In this document: positions 8,901-17,439 of the stretch, piece after piece
Layout: each line of letters starts with the position of its first letter
How positions within the stretch are numbered: position 1 is the first letter of the stretch
Assembly (NCBI GenBank): GCA_022709525.1
Contig: JAKLIQ010000009.1
Span: 19,107 to 83,106, forward strand
Length of the DNA stretch: 64,000 nt
Direction of reading: 5' to 3'
Origin: Candidatus Omnitrophota bacterium
Lineage (GTDB): Bacteria > Omnitrophota > Omnitrophia > Omnitrophales > Aquincolibacteriaceae
Made by a program: the position numbers and the translations under genes
The notes under the pieces: generated by a model
What the model was told of the DNA's origin: nothing
Databases searched by the model: none
Seen by the model: only the letters and a program-made list of their open reading frames with translations

Positions 8901-9341
8901 TTAATAAGAGATGCCGTTATGCAATTCGTTTTCATCGCCGGCTTGGCAAGGAAAACAAACCTTCAACTTCTCGCCGATGCGAAGAACGGCCTCCGAAATA
9001 CCTTCGGCAAATTTGCCCTTTTTGAAATGTTCCTGCATGATCCCGACCGCATCGCTCCAGAAGCCTTCGGGAACTTTTTCGTTGATGCCGACATCACCTA
9101 AGACAGCGAATTTCTTGTCATGGGTCGCCAAAAAGATCAGGACGCCGTTGCGCTGACGGGTTTTTGTCATCCCGATCTTCTGGAAGATTTTTTGGGCGTG
9201 GCCGTAAACCGGGCCCTTCGTTTTATACTCCAGATGGACGCGGATCTCGCCTGAAGTGTCCTGCTCGGCCTTCTGGATCGCCTCAAGAATTTGCTTTTTT
9301 TCTTTTCCGGAAAAAAAGAACATTGGATAAGCTATACGCAT
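8901..9341 (-). CDS. TPM-domain protein (TLP18.3/Psb32-like phosphatase fold), short paralog
   Basis: NGVLIFLATHDKKFAVLGDVGINEKV TPM core. ATG at 9341 lies 5 nt after the upstream TPM gene stop, with a GGAGG RBS; the track start at 9395 is unlikely. Confidence 0.7.
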   Translation of the reverse strand: MRIAYPMFFFSGKEKKQILEAIQKAEQDTSGEIRVHLEYKTKGPVYGHAQKIFQKIGMTKTRQRNGVLIFLATHDKKFAVLGDVGINEKVPEGFWSDAVGIMQEHFKKGKFAEGISEAVLRIGEKLKVCFPCQAGDENELHNGISY

Positions 9342-9345
9342 TGAA

Positions 9346-10095
9346 TTACCACCCTCCGCTCGCGCCGCCGCCGCCGAAACCGCCTCCCCCGCCACTAAAA
9401 CCGCCTCCGCGAAAACCGCCGCTCCGGAAACCTCCCCCCAGGGGGTAATACCCTCCGGGCCGTCTCCGGATACGGGATGAGCGCGAACTCACCCAAAAAT
9501 GAAAAAAGATAAGGACCATGAATAAAGCTACAAGTTTTCCGGCTTCGTTGAAGCGGTCTTTACCTTGCATCCCTTTGAATTCACCCTGCGTGGCTTTCAT
9601 GATCGCGTCGACACCGGCCGTAATCCCCGCCTCATAATCACCCTTGCGGAAATGGGGGGCGACCACCTGGCTGATGATCTGACCCGCCAACGCGTCCGGG
9701 AAAACCCCTTCGAGACCATAACCGACTTCGATGCGGATCTTGCGGTCGTTTTTGAAAATAAGAAAGATCACTCCGTTATCCCTGCCTTTTTGACCCACTT
9801 TCCAAGTCTCGGCAAGGCGTATTGAAAAATCCTCGAGCGAATCCCCTTCAAGCGACGGAAAGACGGCCACCACGACCTGATTTGAAGTTTTAGTTTCAAA
9901 ATTTCGGAGCGTCGTTTCGAGCTCTGCTTTCGTGGAGGGCGACAGCAGGCCGGCTCGATCCGTCACATAACCATCGGGGCGGGGCGGAACTTGAAGCGCC
10001 CAGAGCAGTGAAAGCGCAGAAAAGAGAAGGAGCGCAAAAAAAGAAAAAGGACGGACCGCTTTTTTAAGAAAAGAGATCCGTCCTTTTATTAACAT
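9346..10095 (-). CDS. TPM-domain protein with C-terminal TM helix and Gly/Phe/Arg-rich tail
   Basis: YVTDRAGLLSPSTKAELETTLRNFETKTSNQVVVAVFPSL, then the TPM core, then the tail GGGFRSGGFRGGGFSGGGGGFGGGGASGGW. Confidence 0.8.
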   Translation of the reverse strand: MLIKGRISFLKKAVRPFSFFALLLFSALSLLWALQVPPRPDGYVTDRAGLLSPSTKAELETTLRNFETKTSNQVVVAVFPSLEGDSLEDFSIRLAETWKVGQKGRDNGVIFLIFKNDRKIRIEVGYGLEGVFPDALAGQIISQVVAPHFRKGDYEAGITAGVDAIMKATQGEFKGMQGKDRFNEAGKLVALFMVLIFFHFWVSSRSSRIRRRPGGYYPLGGGFRSGGFRGGGFSGGGGGFGGGGASGGW

Positions 10096-10101
10096 TACAG
10101 A

Positions 10102-10698
10102 TTAAAACTTAACCTGGGGAGCGGTCTTAGCGTCCTGATCGGCCTGAAAATAGGATTTGCTTTTGAACCCCATGACATTGGCCACGACCACGTTCGGGAA
10201 ACTGCGGCGGAACGCGTTGAAATCCCGGGCCGCTTCATTGAAGCGTTTCCGCTCGACGGTGATCCGGTTCTCGGTGCCTTCAAGCTGGGTCTGAAGCGCG
10301 AGGAAATTCTGACTGGCTTTAAGATCCGGATAGCGTTCCACAACCACCATGAGACGGCTTAGGGCCGAAGTGAGCTGGGTCTGGGCGTCCTGGAATTTAG
10401 CGAGAATATCGGGATTGCTGAGCATTTCGGGAGAAACCCCCATGCCGGCGATCTTGGCCCGGGCTTCCACGACGTTCTGAAGGGTTTCTTTTTCGTGGGC
10501 CGCATATCCTTTGACGGTCTCGACCAGATTGGGCACGAGATCCAAACGCCGCTGATAAACGCTTTCCACTTGCGCCCATGCGCCGTTGACGTTCTCTTCC
10601 CGGATCACGAGATTGTTATAAATCCCTCCGAAAATGAGCGCCCCCAAAATAATGGCAGCGAGAACCACTCCGAGCGTGATAAGCAATCCCTTTTTCAT
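10102..10698 (-). CDS. lemA: LemA family protein
   Basis: N-terminal TM helix plus LemA signature; conserved LemA-TPM-TPM operon order. RBS AGGAGG. Confidence 0.85.
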   Translation of the reverse strand: MKKGLLITLGVVLAAIILGALIFGGIYNNLVIREENVNGAWAQVESVYQRRLDLVPNLVETVKGYAAHEKETLQNVVEARAKIAGMGVSPEMLSNPDILAKFQDAQTQLTSALSRLMVVVERYPDLKASQNFLALQTQLEGTENRITVERKRFNEAARDFNAFRRSFPNVVVANVMGFKSKSYFQADQDAKTAPQVKF

Positions 10699-10739
10699 AA
10701 GTTTCCTCCTAGATGATGCGGTGAAAAAACAGTGCGCGT

Positions 10740-10769
10740 ATTATAGCTCTTGACGGAAATCCTTGCCAA
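10740..10769 (-). promoter_or_regulatory. sigma70-type promoter for lemA-TPM operon (TTGGCA-18-TATAAT)
   Basis: Read on the minus strand: ttgattGGCAAGG...gagcTATAATacg, about 35 nt upstream of the lemA ATG. Confidence 0.45.
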
Positions 10770-10826
10770 TCAATTCAACCGCCCAAGAGTCCCCGGCTCT
10801 CGAGCCGGGCACCCGCCGGCGTTGCG

Positions 10827-11900
10827 TCAAAACGGTTTGTAAAAATCGGCTTGGGACGGAAGACGCAACCGCTTCAAAAGCCGCGATACAAGCATTGCCT
10901 CGGCGGCGTGCCAGCGGGCCCCGTCCTTATTCGCGCCGCGGACATGAAAACTGCCGCCGGCGACCATGTCATGGCCGCCCGCCTCCTTGCGGTCATCAAA
11001 AATATCCCGAAGGATCTCCGGCGTATCATCCGTCGGCCGGTTACTCCTCAGAGAAACATGAAGCTTGCCTTTATAACGCCCCGTGCAGATCGAGCGTTCC
11101 ATGCCTTTATAAGTGAGAAAAAAATCCGCGATCTCCGAAACAAGGTCCGGGTGCTCCACAGTTCCGAGATGCGATACGATCAAGCCGCGGAAGGCGCGAG
11201 CGCCCTGAAGCCCCCGGTTCAGCGTGATGAAGAATTTCTTTGATTTCGGAGGGTTCTGGATGCGGATCAGGGCCCGCATGTCACAGAGAGGCAGGATATC
11301 AAGATAAGTTTGAATAATATCCGCCCGGTGCGCGCGGTAGAGGTTCAACGTATCCGAAAGAATCCCGTAAGCCAAGGCGGTCGCGATCCGCTTCGGGATC
11401 TCAAGACCGCTTAAAAGAAGCGCCTGCGTCAGGATCACGCTTGTGGCGCCGCATTCCGTGTCGATGATGGCGAGCTCCGCGAGCGGGCGCTTGACATAAG
11501 GATGTTGGTCGATCACCAGCGTAACTTTTTTATTGCGGGGATACGGGTTATTCTCAAATTCCGGCTGAGTGTCAATCAGGGCGGCGTTTTCATAGGTTCG
11601 CAGGTCTGAAGGGCGGAACTTGTGCACCGGGATCTTCAGCAGACTTACCATCGCGCGGTTCTCCACGCGGCCGATGATCCCTTTGTAAACGATCCGCGAG
11701 CGGACCCCGTGAGCGCGCTCAGCCAGGTACTGGAGGGCCATGGCCGTAGCGATAGCGTCCGGGTCCGGATAGTCGTGCATCACGATCAAAAGCGGCGAGA
11801 TCGTTTTTTTCTTCTTTGTAAGGAACCGCAGCAGCTTCCGGCCGTGATGGGCCGCGATATTCATTTGCTTTTTATCGTGGATCGCGAAAGGAGGGACCAT
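10827..11900 (-). CDS. nrnA: DHH/DHHA1 phosphoesterase (NrnA-like nanoRNase/pAp phosphatase)
   Basis: DHH-family motifs, including the DHHA1 GGGH-type motif EAGGHDMVAGGSF. Confidence 0.75.
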   Translation of the reverse strand: MVPPFAIHDKKQMNIAAHHGRKLLRFLTKKKKTISPLLIVMHDYPDPDAIATAMALQYLAERAHGVRSRIVYKGIIGRVENRAMVSLLKIPVHKFRPSDLRTYENAALIDTQPEFENNPYPRNKKVTLVIDQHPYVKRPLAELAIIDTECGATSVILTQALLLSGLEIPKRIATALAYGILSDTLNLYRAHRADIIQTYLDILPLCDMRALIRIQNPPKSKKFFITLNRGLQGARAFRGLIVSHLGTVEHPDLVSEIADFFLTYKGMERSICTGRYKGKLHVSLRSNRPTDDTPEILRDIFDDRKEAGGHDMVAGGSFHVRGANKDGARWHAAEAMLVSRLLKRLRLPSQADFYKPF

Positions 11901-11918
11901 GCGGGCCTTGGAAAAGGT

Positions 11919-12290
11919 TCAGACCTTTACTTTAAGAGAAACGGCCTCGAGCCATTTCTGAAAAGGAAGATAATCGCGCAAGGGCTTCAGGTCCGGGTCC
12001 CGGCGAAGATGGTCAAGGTCCGTGAAACCCAGCCGGACTGCCCGCTTCAAGGCGGTCAGGGCCTTGGCAGTATAGCCCGAAAGGACGTAGCTGCAGGCAA
12101 GATTATAATGAACGATCGGGTCATCCTTGCAAAGAAAGGCCAGCCGTTTATCGATCTCAAGGCCTTTTTCAAAAAAACCACGGCGCGTATAGGCCTCCGC
12201 GAGCGGGGCGAGGGCATCAATGTAGTCGGGACGATGCTTCAAGACGCCTTCGAGAAAAGATATTTCGAAATCCAGGTCGTTCGATTTCAT
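11919..12290 (-). CDS. small TPR-repeat protein
   Basis: TPR-like helical repeats (AEAYTRRGFFEKGLEI, YNLACSYVLSGYTAKAL). Confidence 0.6.
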   Translation of the reverse strand: MKSNDLDFEISFLEGVLKHRPDYIDALAPLAEAYTRRGFFEKGLEIDKRLAFLCKDDPIVHYNLACSYVLSGYTAKALTALKRAVRLGFTDLDHLRRDPDLKPLRDYLPFQKWLEAVSLKVKV

Positions 12291-12358
12291 GAAAGCATGA
12301 TACCTTATCTTGCAACGTTTTCCATTTATTTTTAAGAGACAAAACTCCGGGAAGCGCC

Positions 12359-12763
12359 TTAATGCGCCAGATTCCGCTCCAGAACTTTTAAGAATTCATC
12401 GACCTTGAAAGGTTTTAAGATGAATTCTCGCACCCCGAGCCGCACGGCGGATTCTCGGACATGGTCATCGTTATAAGCCGTCAATACGATCTCGGGGATA
12501 GGATGCTTCTTGGCTTCGAGACAGTAATCCCGGACCGCCTGGATAACCTGCAAACCGTCCATGCCGGGCATACGGATATCCGTGATCAAAAGATCAAAAT
12601 GCCGCTGGGTGAGAAAGCCGAGCGCTTCCTGCCCGCCTGCCGCCACGACAGGTTCGTAGCCGGCTTCTTTAAGCAGGATCTCAAGCGATTTCCTCACAAG
12701 ACCGTCATCGTCGACGGCCAGGATCCTTTTTTTGCGGTGATGAATAGCGTGCTCCGTATTCAT
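12359..12763 (-). CDS. single-domain response regulator (CheY-like receiver)
   Basis: ILAVDDDGLVR ... LLITDIRMPGMDG ... ILKPF: receiver-domain hallmarks. Confidence 0.85.
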   Translation of the reverse strand: MNTEHAIHHRKKRILAVDDDGLVRKSLEILLKEAGYEPVVAAGGQEALGFLTQRHFDLLITDIRMPGMDGLQVIQAVRDYCLEAKKHPIPEIVLTAYNDDHVRESAVRLGVREFILKPFKVDEFLKVLERNLAH

Positions 12764-12781
12764 GATCCCCTTTCAGATATT

Positions 12782-13348
12782 TTAGGAACGCCCGTATCTT
12801 CCCATCAGGGCGCCTTCGGCAAGAATATGCCCCTTCATGGCCTCCAGCAGTTCTTTTTTCGTGATCCCCGGTTTCAATCGAAGCGCGATATCAAGCGCGT
12901 AAATTTTAAAAAAATAACGGTGTACTCCCCGTGGCGGACAAGGCCCCCCATAACCGATCTTCCCGAAATCCGTTTTGCCTTGGACCCCGCCTCGCAAAAG
13001 TTTTGGGGAATCCGAAACACCGGCCTGAATGGCCTCGAGGTAAGGAGGGATATCATAGATTACCCAATGGACCCAGTCTCCCCCGGGCGCGTCCGAATCG
13101 TCGACGATGGCCGCGATACTTTGCGCTTGAGACGGGATGCCCGACCATTCGACCGGCGGCGACATGTCCGCCCCGTCGCAGGTAAATTCGGGCGGGATCA
13201 AACCGCCGTCGCCAAACGCGGAACTCCACACTTTGATCTTTTCCATAGGCTCCTCGCACCATCCCGCTGGCTGAAAAAGAAAGGCGGCGGCTATCAAACT
13301 CCAACAAAACCAAAACCTTTTTTGAAGAAAGAATAGGATCATACCCAA
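12782..13348 (-). CDS. YbhB/YbcL family PEBP (Raf kinase inhibitor-like) protein, secreted
   Basis: DWVHWVIYDIP and GYGGPCPPRG motifs; N-terminal signal peptide. Confidence 0.8.
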   Translation of the reverse strand: MGMILFFLQKRFWFCWSLIAAAFLFQPAGWCEEPMEKIKVWSSAFGDGGLIPPEFTCDGADMSPPVEWSGIPSQAQSIAAIVDDSDAPGGDWVHWVIYDIPPYLEAIQAGVSDSPKLLRGGVQGKTDFGKIGYGGPCPPRGVHRYFFKIYALDIALRLKPGITKKELLEAMKGHILAEGALMGRYGRS

Positions 13349-13356
13349 AACGTTTT

Positions 13357-13929
13357 TCAGGACATGCTTTTAATGGAAACGCGGTCCAGGTAGCTCAGAT
13401 CTTCAACATTCAACCGGATCTTCTCGCCCTCGCTCACGAACTGCGGCACGAGGACTTTAAGCCCGTTCTCAAGCTCCGCTTCTTTGTAAGTGGTGTCACT
13501 TTGCCCTTTGACGCCCGGCGGCGTACTTGTCACCTTCAGCTCAACGATCTTCGGGAATGCGATGCTTAAGATCTTTCCTTCCCCAAAAAGAACGTCAATG
13601 ACCTCATTTTCCTTTAAAAATACCTCGTGTTTGCCGACCGCTTTGGCGGGAATGGGAAATTGTTCGTAATTTTCCATGTTCATGAAGATGAACTGGTCGC
13701 TTTCGCGGTAAAGATACTGCATCTTCACAAAATGGACCGGCACATCTTCAACTTTTTCCTCGGCCTTGAAGCTTTTTTCGATGATATGGCCATCCTCAAG
13801 GCTTTTTAACTTAAGATGCGCGCTTTTGCCGAATTTTCCCGTCCCGCGTATTTCCTGCGTCAGGACCTTACAAAGCTTTCCGTCGGCGCGGATCACATTC
13901 CCAACCCGAATATCCGAAGCGATGATCAT
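13357..13929 (-). CDS. efp: elongation factor P
   Basis: Length 190 aa; N-terminal KOW-like MIIASDIRVGNVIRADGKLCKV and OB domains typical of EF-P. Confidence 0.85.
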   Translation of the reverse strand: MIIASDIRVGNVIRADGKLCKVLTQEIRGTGKFGKSAHLKLKSLEDGHIIEKSFKAEEKVEDVPVHFVKMQYLYRESDQFIFMNMENYEQFPIPAKAVGKHEVFLKENEVIDVLFGEGKILSIAFPKIVELKVTSTPPGVKGQSDTTYKEAELENGLKVLVPQFVSEGEKIRLNVEDLSYLDRVSIKSMS

Positions 13930-13942
13930 GACGTACCCCCGT

Positions 13943-14452
13943 CTAGAATTTCCAGCCGAACATCATTTGCAAATAAGACCGCTTTTCGCGGTCGGCGGAA
14001 CCAAAACCGAATTTTTTTTCGAACTTTCTGATCGCGGAAGGATTTCCCTCGATCTCCAGGAACCATCCGAATTTTTTAAGGAAATCCAGCGTGATAAGCG
14101 CGCCGCCGGCCTTATAAAGTTCGCGGTGCTTGGCGTAACGCTTCCAAAGACGAAAACCCAAAATGCCGAGGATCGCCTTCGCGGCCGCGGGATCTAAAGG
14201 GGTTTCAATCTCCATGCGTTTCGTGAAATGCGCTTTAAGTTTAGGCCCTTTTAAGGTCAGTACCGCGGGACCTTTGCCGAATTTCCGGAGCCGCAGCGCT
14301 GTCTTTTTCCGGCAAAGAACGCCGCAACAGTCGTAAAATTCATTTTGCTCCAAACCGCTCGCGATCTTTCTGGCGCCTATTTTTTTAAGGACCTGACGCG
14401 CCGCGGAAGGGTCTTTCAGGCGGTATTTCTGTTCGACCTCGAAAAATCCCAT
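13943..14452 (-). CDS. CYTH-domain protein (class IV adenylyl cyclase / triphosphate tunnel metalloenzyme family)
   Basis: N-terminal ExExK motif (EVEQKY); 169 aa. Confidence 0.65.
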   Translation of the reverse strand: MGFFEVEQKYRLKDPSAARQVLKKIGARKIASGLEQNEFYDCCGVLCRKKTALRLRKFGKGPAVLTLKGPKLKAHFTKRMEIETPLDPAAAKAILGILGFRLWKRYAKHRELYKAGGALITLDFLKKFGWFLEIEGNPSAIRKFEKKFGFGSADREKRSYLQMMFGWKF

Positions 14453-14454
14453 GC

Positions 14455-15009
14455 CTAAGCCCGGATCACCATTTTATCGCGAAGCTCATTCGCCGTTTCC
14501 TTGCCGACGAGCTTTTTGACGATTTCGAGTGAAAATTCCAAGGCCGTCCCGGGCCCCTGGCTTGTGATGATATTTCCGTCCACGACAACGCGCTCTTTGG
14601 AATGAATGGCTTTACCTTTAAGATCGGATTCACATCCGGGATAGCAGGTCGCTTTTTTTCCGTTTAAAATCCCAAGAGGAATTAAAACGGTGGTAGGTGC
14701 GGCGCAGATCGCGGCGATGATCTTTCCTTCTGCGTTCATTTTTTTGACCAATTCCCCCACTTCCCGGGATTTGGCAAGATTGGTAGCGCCCGGGATCCCT
14801 CCCGGAAGGATCACCGCATCCGGAGTTTCCACCAGGTCTTTTAAAAGAATATCGGTTTGAACGCCGATATGGCGGGAGCTTTTAACCTGACGGTCCGCAA
14901 GTCCCGCGATCGTTACGCGCACTCCGGCGCGACGGAGAACGTCCACCGCGGCAATCCCTTCAACTTCCTCAAAACCTTCGGCCAAGATCACAACGGCGGT
15001 TTTAAGCAT
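14455..15009 (-). CDS. DJ-1/PfpI family protein (YajL/ThiJ-like)
   Basis: VVILAEGFEEVE ... nucleophile elbow AICAAP ... 184 aa. Confidence 0.8.
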   Translation of the reverse strand: MLKTAVVILAEGFEEVEGIAAVDVLRRAGVRVTIAGLADRQVKSSRHIGVQTDILLKDLVETPDAVILPGGIPGATNLAKSREVGELVKKMNAEGKIIAAICAAPTTVLIPLGILNGKKATCYPGCESDLKGKAIHSKERVVVDGNIITSQGPGTALEFSLEIVKKLVGKETANELRDKMVIRA

Positions 15010-15020
15010 CGGGGATCTCC

Positions 15021-15443
15021 TTATTTATCTTCCGGCGGACGGTTGGCGTCGACCTGCTCGACCACGAGCCGTTTTTGCCCGAAGATCTTATCGTTGGCGA
15101 AAATACGGAATTCATACTTGCCCGGGTGCATAAAACGGACGCCGCGAAGATTAAAGACAAGCTCGTGGGCGTCCAGCGGGCTCGGGACGCGCACTTCTTC
15201 CGGCATTTCGCTTTTTCCGATCAGCATGTCGCTTTGCAGATCGACGAGTTCGAGGCGAAAGCTGTACCCGCCTTGCGCGTCCGTCAGCTTGATATAGACC
15301 GACATCGCAAAATGCGTGCACGGGAATGTGGCGGCGCCGATATTCTCGAAAACGCCGATCAGGCTTTTTTTGTTGGTGCCGCGCTCTGTGATCACATAAT
15401 CACAGATGAGCATGGCGTTCGCTTTGGGGGTTGGTGATGTCAT
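15021..15443 (-). CDS. hypothetical protein (140 aa)
   Basis: ORF tightly packed between the cupin and DJ-1 genes, with an AAAGG RBS; no recognised domain. Confidence 0.45.
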   Translation of the reverse strand: MTSPTPKANAMLICDYVITERGTNKKSLIGVFENIGAATFPCTHFAMSVYIKLTDAQGGYSFRLELVDLQSDMLIGKSEMPEEVRVPSPLDAHELVFNLRGVRFMHPGKYEFRIFANDKIFGQKRLVVEQVDANRPPEDK

Positions 15444-15467
15444 AAGCGCCTTTCGTTAAAAATTCTG

Positions 15468-15749
15468 TTATCCGAATTTGTAGTGTTTTTTGACGGCCTT
15501 TTTGATGTCCCAAACGCACTGAAGGCCCTGTGGGAATGTCACAAGATCCCCTTTTCCGAAAGAGACTTCGCCATCAGGGGTTTTAACCGTCACTTGCCCT
15601 TCCAGAAAATAACAGACCTCTTTTTCTTCATAAGACCAATCGAAGACCGATGCCTCTTTGGTCCAGACCGGCCATGAAAGGACCTTCAGGGTATTCAGTT
15701 TTTCTTGTGTTGGTTTTTCTACCAGGATCTTTAACGCCGTTTTCGCCAT
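15468..15749 (-). CDS. cupin-fold protein (DUF861/cupin_3-like)
   Basis: ATG at 15749 with RBS AGGGGGT 4 nt upstream and 8 nt after the upstream gene stop. Beta-barrel cupin sequence (VCYFLEGQVTV..GDLVTFPQG). Confidence 0.65.
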   Translation of the reverse strand: MAKTALKILVEKPTQEKLNTLKVLSWPVWTKEASVFDWSYEEKEVCYFLEGQVTVKTPDGEVSFGKGDLVTFPQGLQCVWDIKKAVKKHYKFG

Positions 15750-15757
15750 AACACCCC

Positions 15758-16438
15758 CTATTTTCGGAATTTTTCCAACCAGCCGCAATACTCGCAATCC
15801 CCGGAGGCTCTCGGGGCGGGACCGTTTAGGATCCCGATCGCCCGACGCGCCAGATCTTTTGCGCGTTCCGGATCTGTCCCGATCTTGATCGGCTGGACCT
15901 CAAAATCCACCTGACCGTTCTCCCCGACCGTTTTGGGAGAATAATAGAGAAGAAAACCGTAGCCGGCCGTCTTAAGACCGTTCCCTTCGAGCATGAGCGC
16001 GTAACAGTCCAGCTGGGTCTGATAGTATTTAGTCGCATCCTCCTCATTGGTCGGCGATCCCTTGGTTTTGTAATCAAAGGGAATATAAGCGTCGCCTTTG
16101 ACAAGAAGATCGTCCAGCATACCCGAAAGCGACAACCCGTCTTCCTGGTATTGAAGGCCGGTCCGCCAATTGCGCCAACGTTCAAGTTGGGCCTGGTTTT
16201 CGTAAAGAGAGATCCCTTTAAAAGCGTCGATCTGAAGTTCCGGAGGCAGGATCCCCTTCACGCGAAAAGTGTCAAAATAATTTTTGATCACCCGGTCCAT
16301 GCCGCCGGGAAGCGACGGAAAAATACCGCGCGGCCGTTTGATGCCTTTGACCTTCTCAAGCCAAAAACACCGCGAGCAATCCTTAAAAAGGCTCAAAGCC
16401 GAAGGAGACAGTGTGATTGTTTTTGACATCGTTTTCAT
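15758..16438 (-). CDS. Cas4-like PD-(D/E)XK nuclease with 2+2 Cys cluster (stand-alone, no CRISPR nearby)
   Basis: Cas4-type N-terminal motif LSLFKDCSRCFWLE; catalytic D..DYK (GDAYIPFDYKTKG); QhxxY motif QLDCYALMLE; C-terminal CEYC. Confidence 0.65.
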   Translation of the reverse strand: MKTMSKTITLSPSALSLFKDCSRCFWLEKVKGIKRPRGIFPSLPGGMDRVIKNYFDTFRVKGILPPELQIDAFKGISLYENQAQLERWRNWRTGLQYQEDGLSLSGMLDDLLVKGDAYIPFDYKTKGSPTNEEDATKYYQTQLDCYALMLEGNGLKTAGYGFLLYYSPKTVGENGQVDFEVQPIKIGTDPERAKDLARRAIGILNGPAPRASGDCEYCGWLEKFRK

Positions 16439-16462
16439 TGGGATTTAACCGCCAGGCGCAAC

Positions 16463-16490
16463 ATTATAGGGCCCGCCCCATGGGATGACC
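16463..16490 (-). promoter_or_regulatory. candidate promoter for Cas4-like/cupin cluster (TGGTCA-16-TATAAT)
   Basis: Read on the minus strand: gcTGGTCAtcccatggggcgggcccTATAATgttg, about 25 nt upstream of the ATG at 16438. Confidence 0.35.
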
Positions 16491-16497
16491 AGCGCTT

Positions 16498-17436
16498 TTA
16501 AGAACCGCGACGGTTGCCCGGAAAGGGATTTACGGGATCGCGAAAATCCGGTAAAAAGGCGGCCTCCTCCCGTAGCTCCTGAGTATAGACCTTCTCAAAA
16601 CCCAATTCCCGGACAAGTCCCAGGACCTGGCCGTACTCCTCCGTCTGAAGGGTTCTTGTCAGTTTTTGTTTTTTCTCGCATCCCGGCACCGGCCGGAATT
16701 GACTCATGACTGAAAGCGGGATTTCGGGGCCGAATTCTTTGTATAGGGTCCTGAGAACCTTTAAGCTGTTCTCGGTATGCCCCGGCAGAACTAAATGGCG
16801 GACAAGGACTCCCTGTTTCGCCACTTGATTGCCCGTAACATCCCACGGCCTAAGAAACCCTTTAGCCCGGACCATTTCATGGATCGCCTCAAGGGCCAGC
16901 TCCGGATAACGCTCATCGCCCATACAAACTTGCGCGAGTTCGGGCTCGGCGAACTTGAAATCGGGAAGAAAGATATCCATCCACGCGGCATATTCCCTGA
17001 TTTTTTCCGGTCTTTGATATCCCGAACAATTAAAAAGCATGGGGATCTTGATCCCCTCTTCCCGTAAAGCACGGCAAAGCTCCTGAATATGAGGCCAAAA
17101 ATGATCAGGCGTTACGAAATTAAGATTATGGACGCCTTTGCGGATGAGCGACCTGGCCTCGAAAAGAAGCTCGGAGGGTGTGATCGTGCGGCCTTCATGC
17201 TCGATCGAGATCTGGTAATTCTGGCAAAAAAAACACTGGCTGGAACAACCGCTAAAAAAGATCGTCCCGGATCCGCGCACACCGGTAAAGGAAGGTTCTT
17301 CGCCGAAATGAGGTCCTATGAAGGAAACGCGGCAGATCGAGCTTTCCCCGCAAAAACCCAGAACCCCCTTGACGCGATCGCGCTTACAGTCCCGCGGGCA
17401 AAGCGCGCAGTGCCGGTAATCGGCAAAAGGATCCAT
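16498..17436 (-). CDS. radical SAM enzyme, PflA-like activase subfamily (AmmeMemoRadiSam-type N-terminal extra Cys motif)
   Basis: CxxxCxxC (GCSSQCFFCQN) plus N-terminal CALCPRDC...GFCG. Confidence 0.7.
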   Translation of the reverse strand: MDPFADYRHCALCPRDCKRDRVKGVLGFCGESSICRVSFIGPHFGEEPSFTGVRGSGTIFFSGCSSQCFFCQNYQISIEHEGRTITPSELLFEARSLIRKGVHNLNFVTPDHFWPHIQELCRALREEGIKIPMLFNCSGYQRPEKIREYAAWMDIFLPDFKFAEPELAQVCMGDERYPELALEAIHEMVRAKGFLRPWDVTGNQVAKQGVLVRHLVLPGHTENSLKVLRTLYKEFGPEIPLSVMSQFRPVPGCEKKQKLTRTLQTEEYGQVLGLVRELGFEKVYTQELREEAAFLPDFRDPVNPFPGNRRGS

Positions 17437-17439
17437 GGC

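Noticed and set aside
9346-9470. DNA-level tandem repeat (ccgcc/aaaccgcc units)
   Set aside because: It is simply the coding sequence of the Gly/Phe/Arg-rich protein tail on the opposite strand, not an independent repeat locus.
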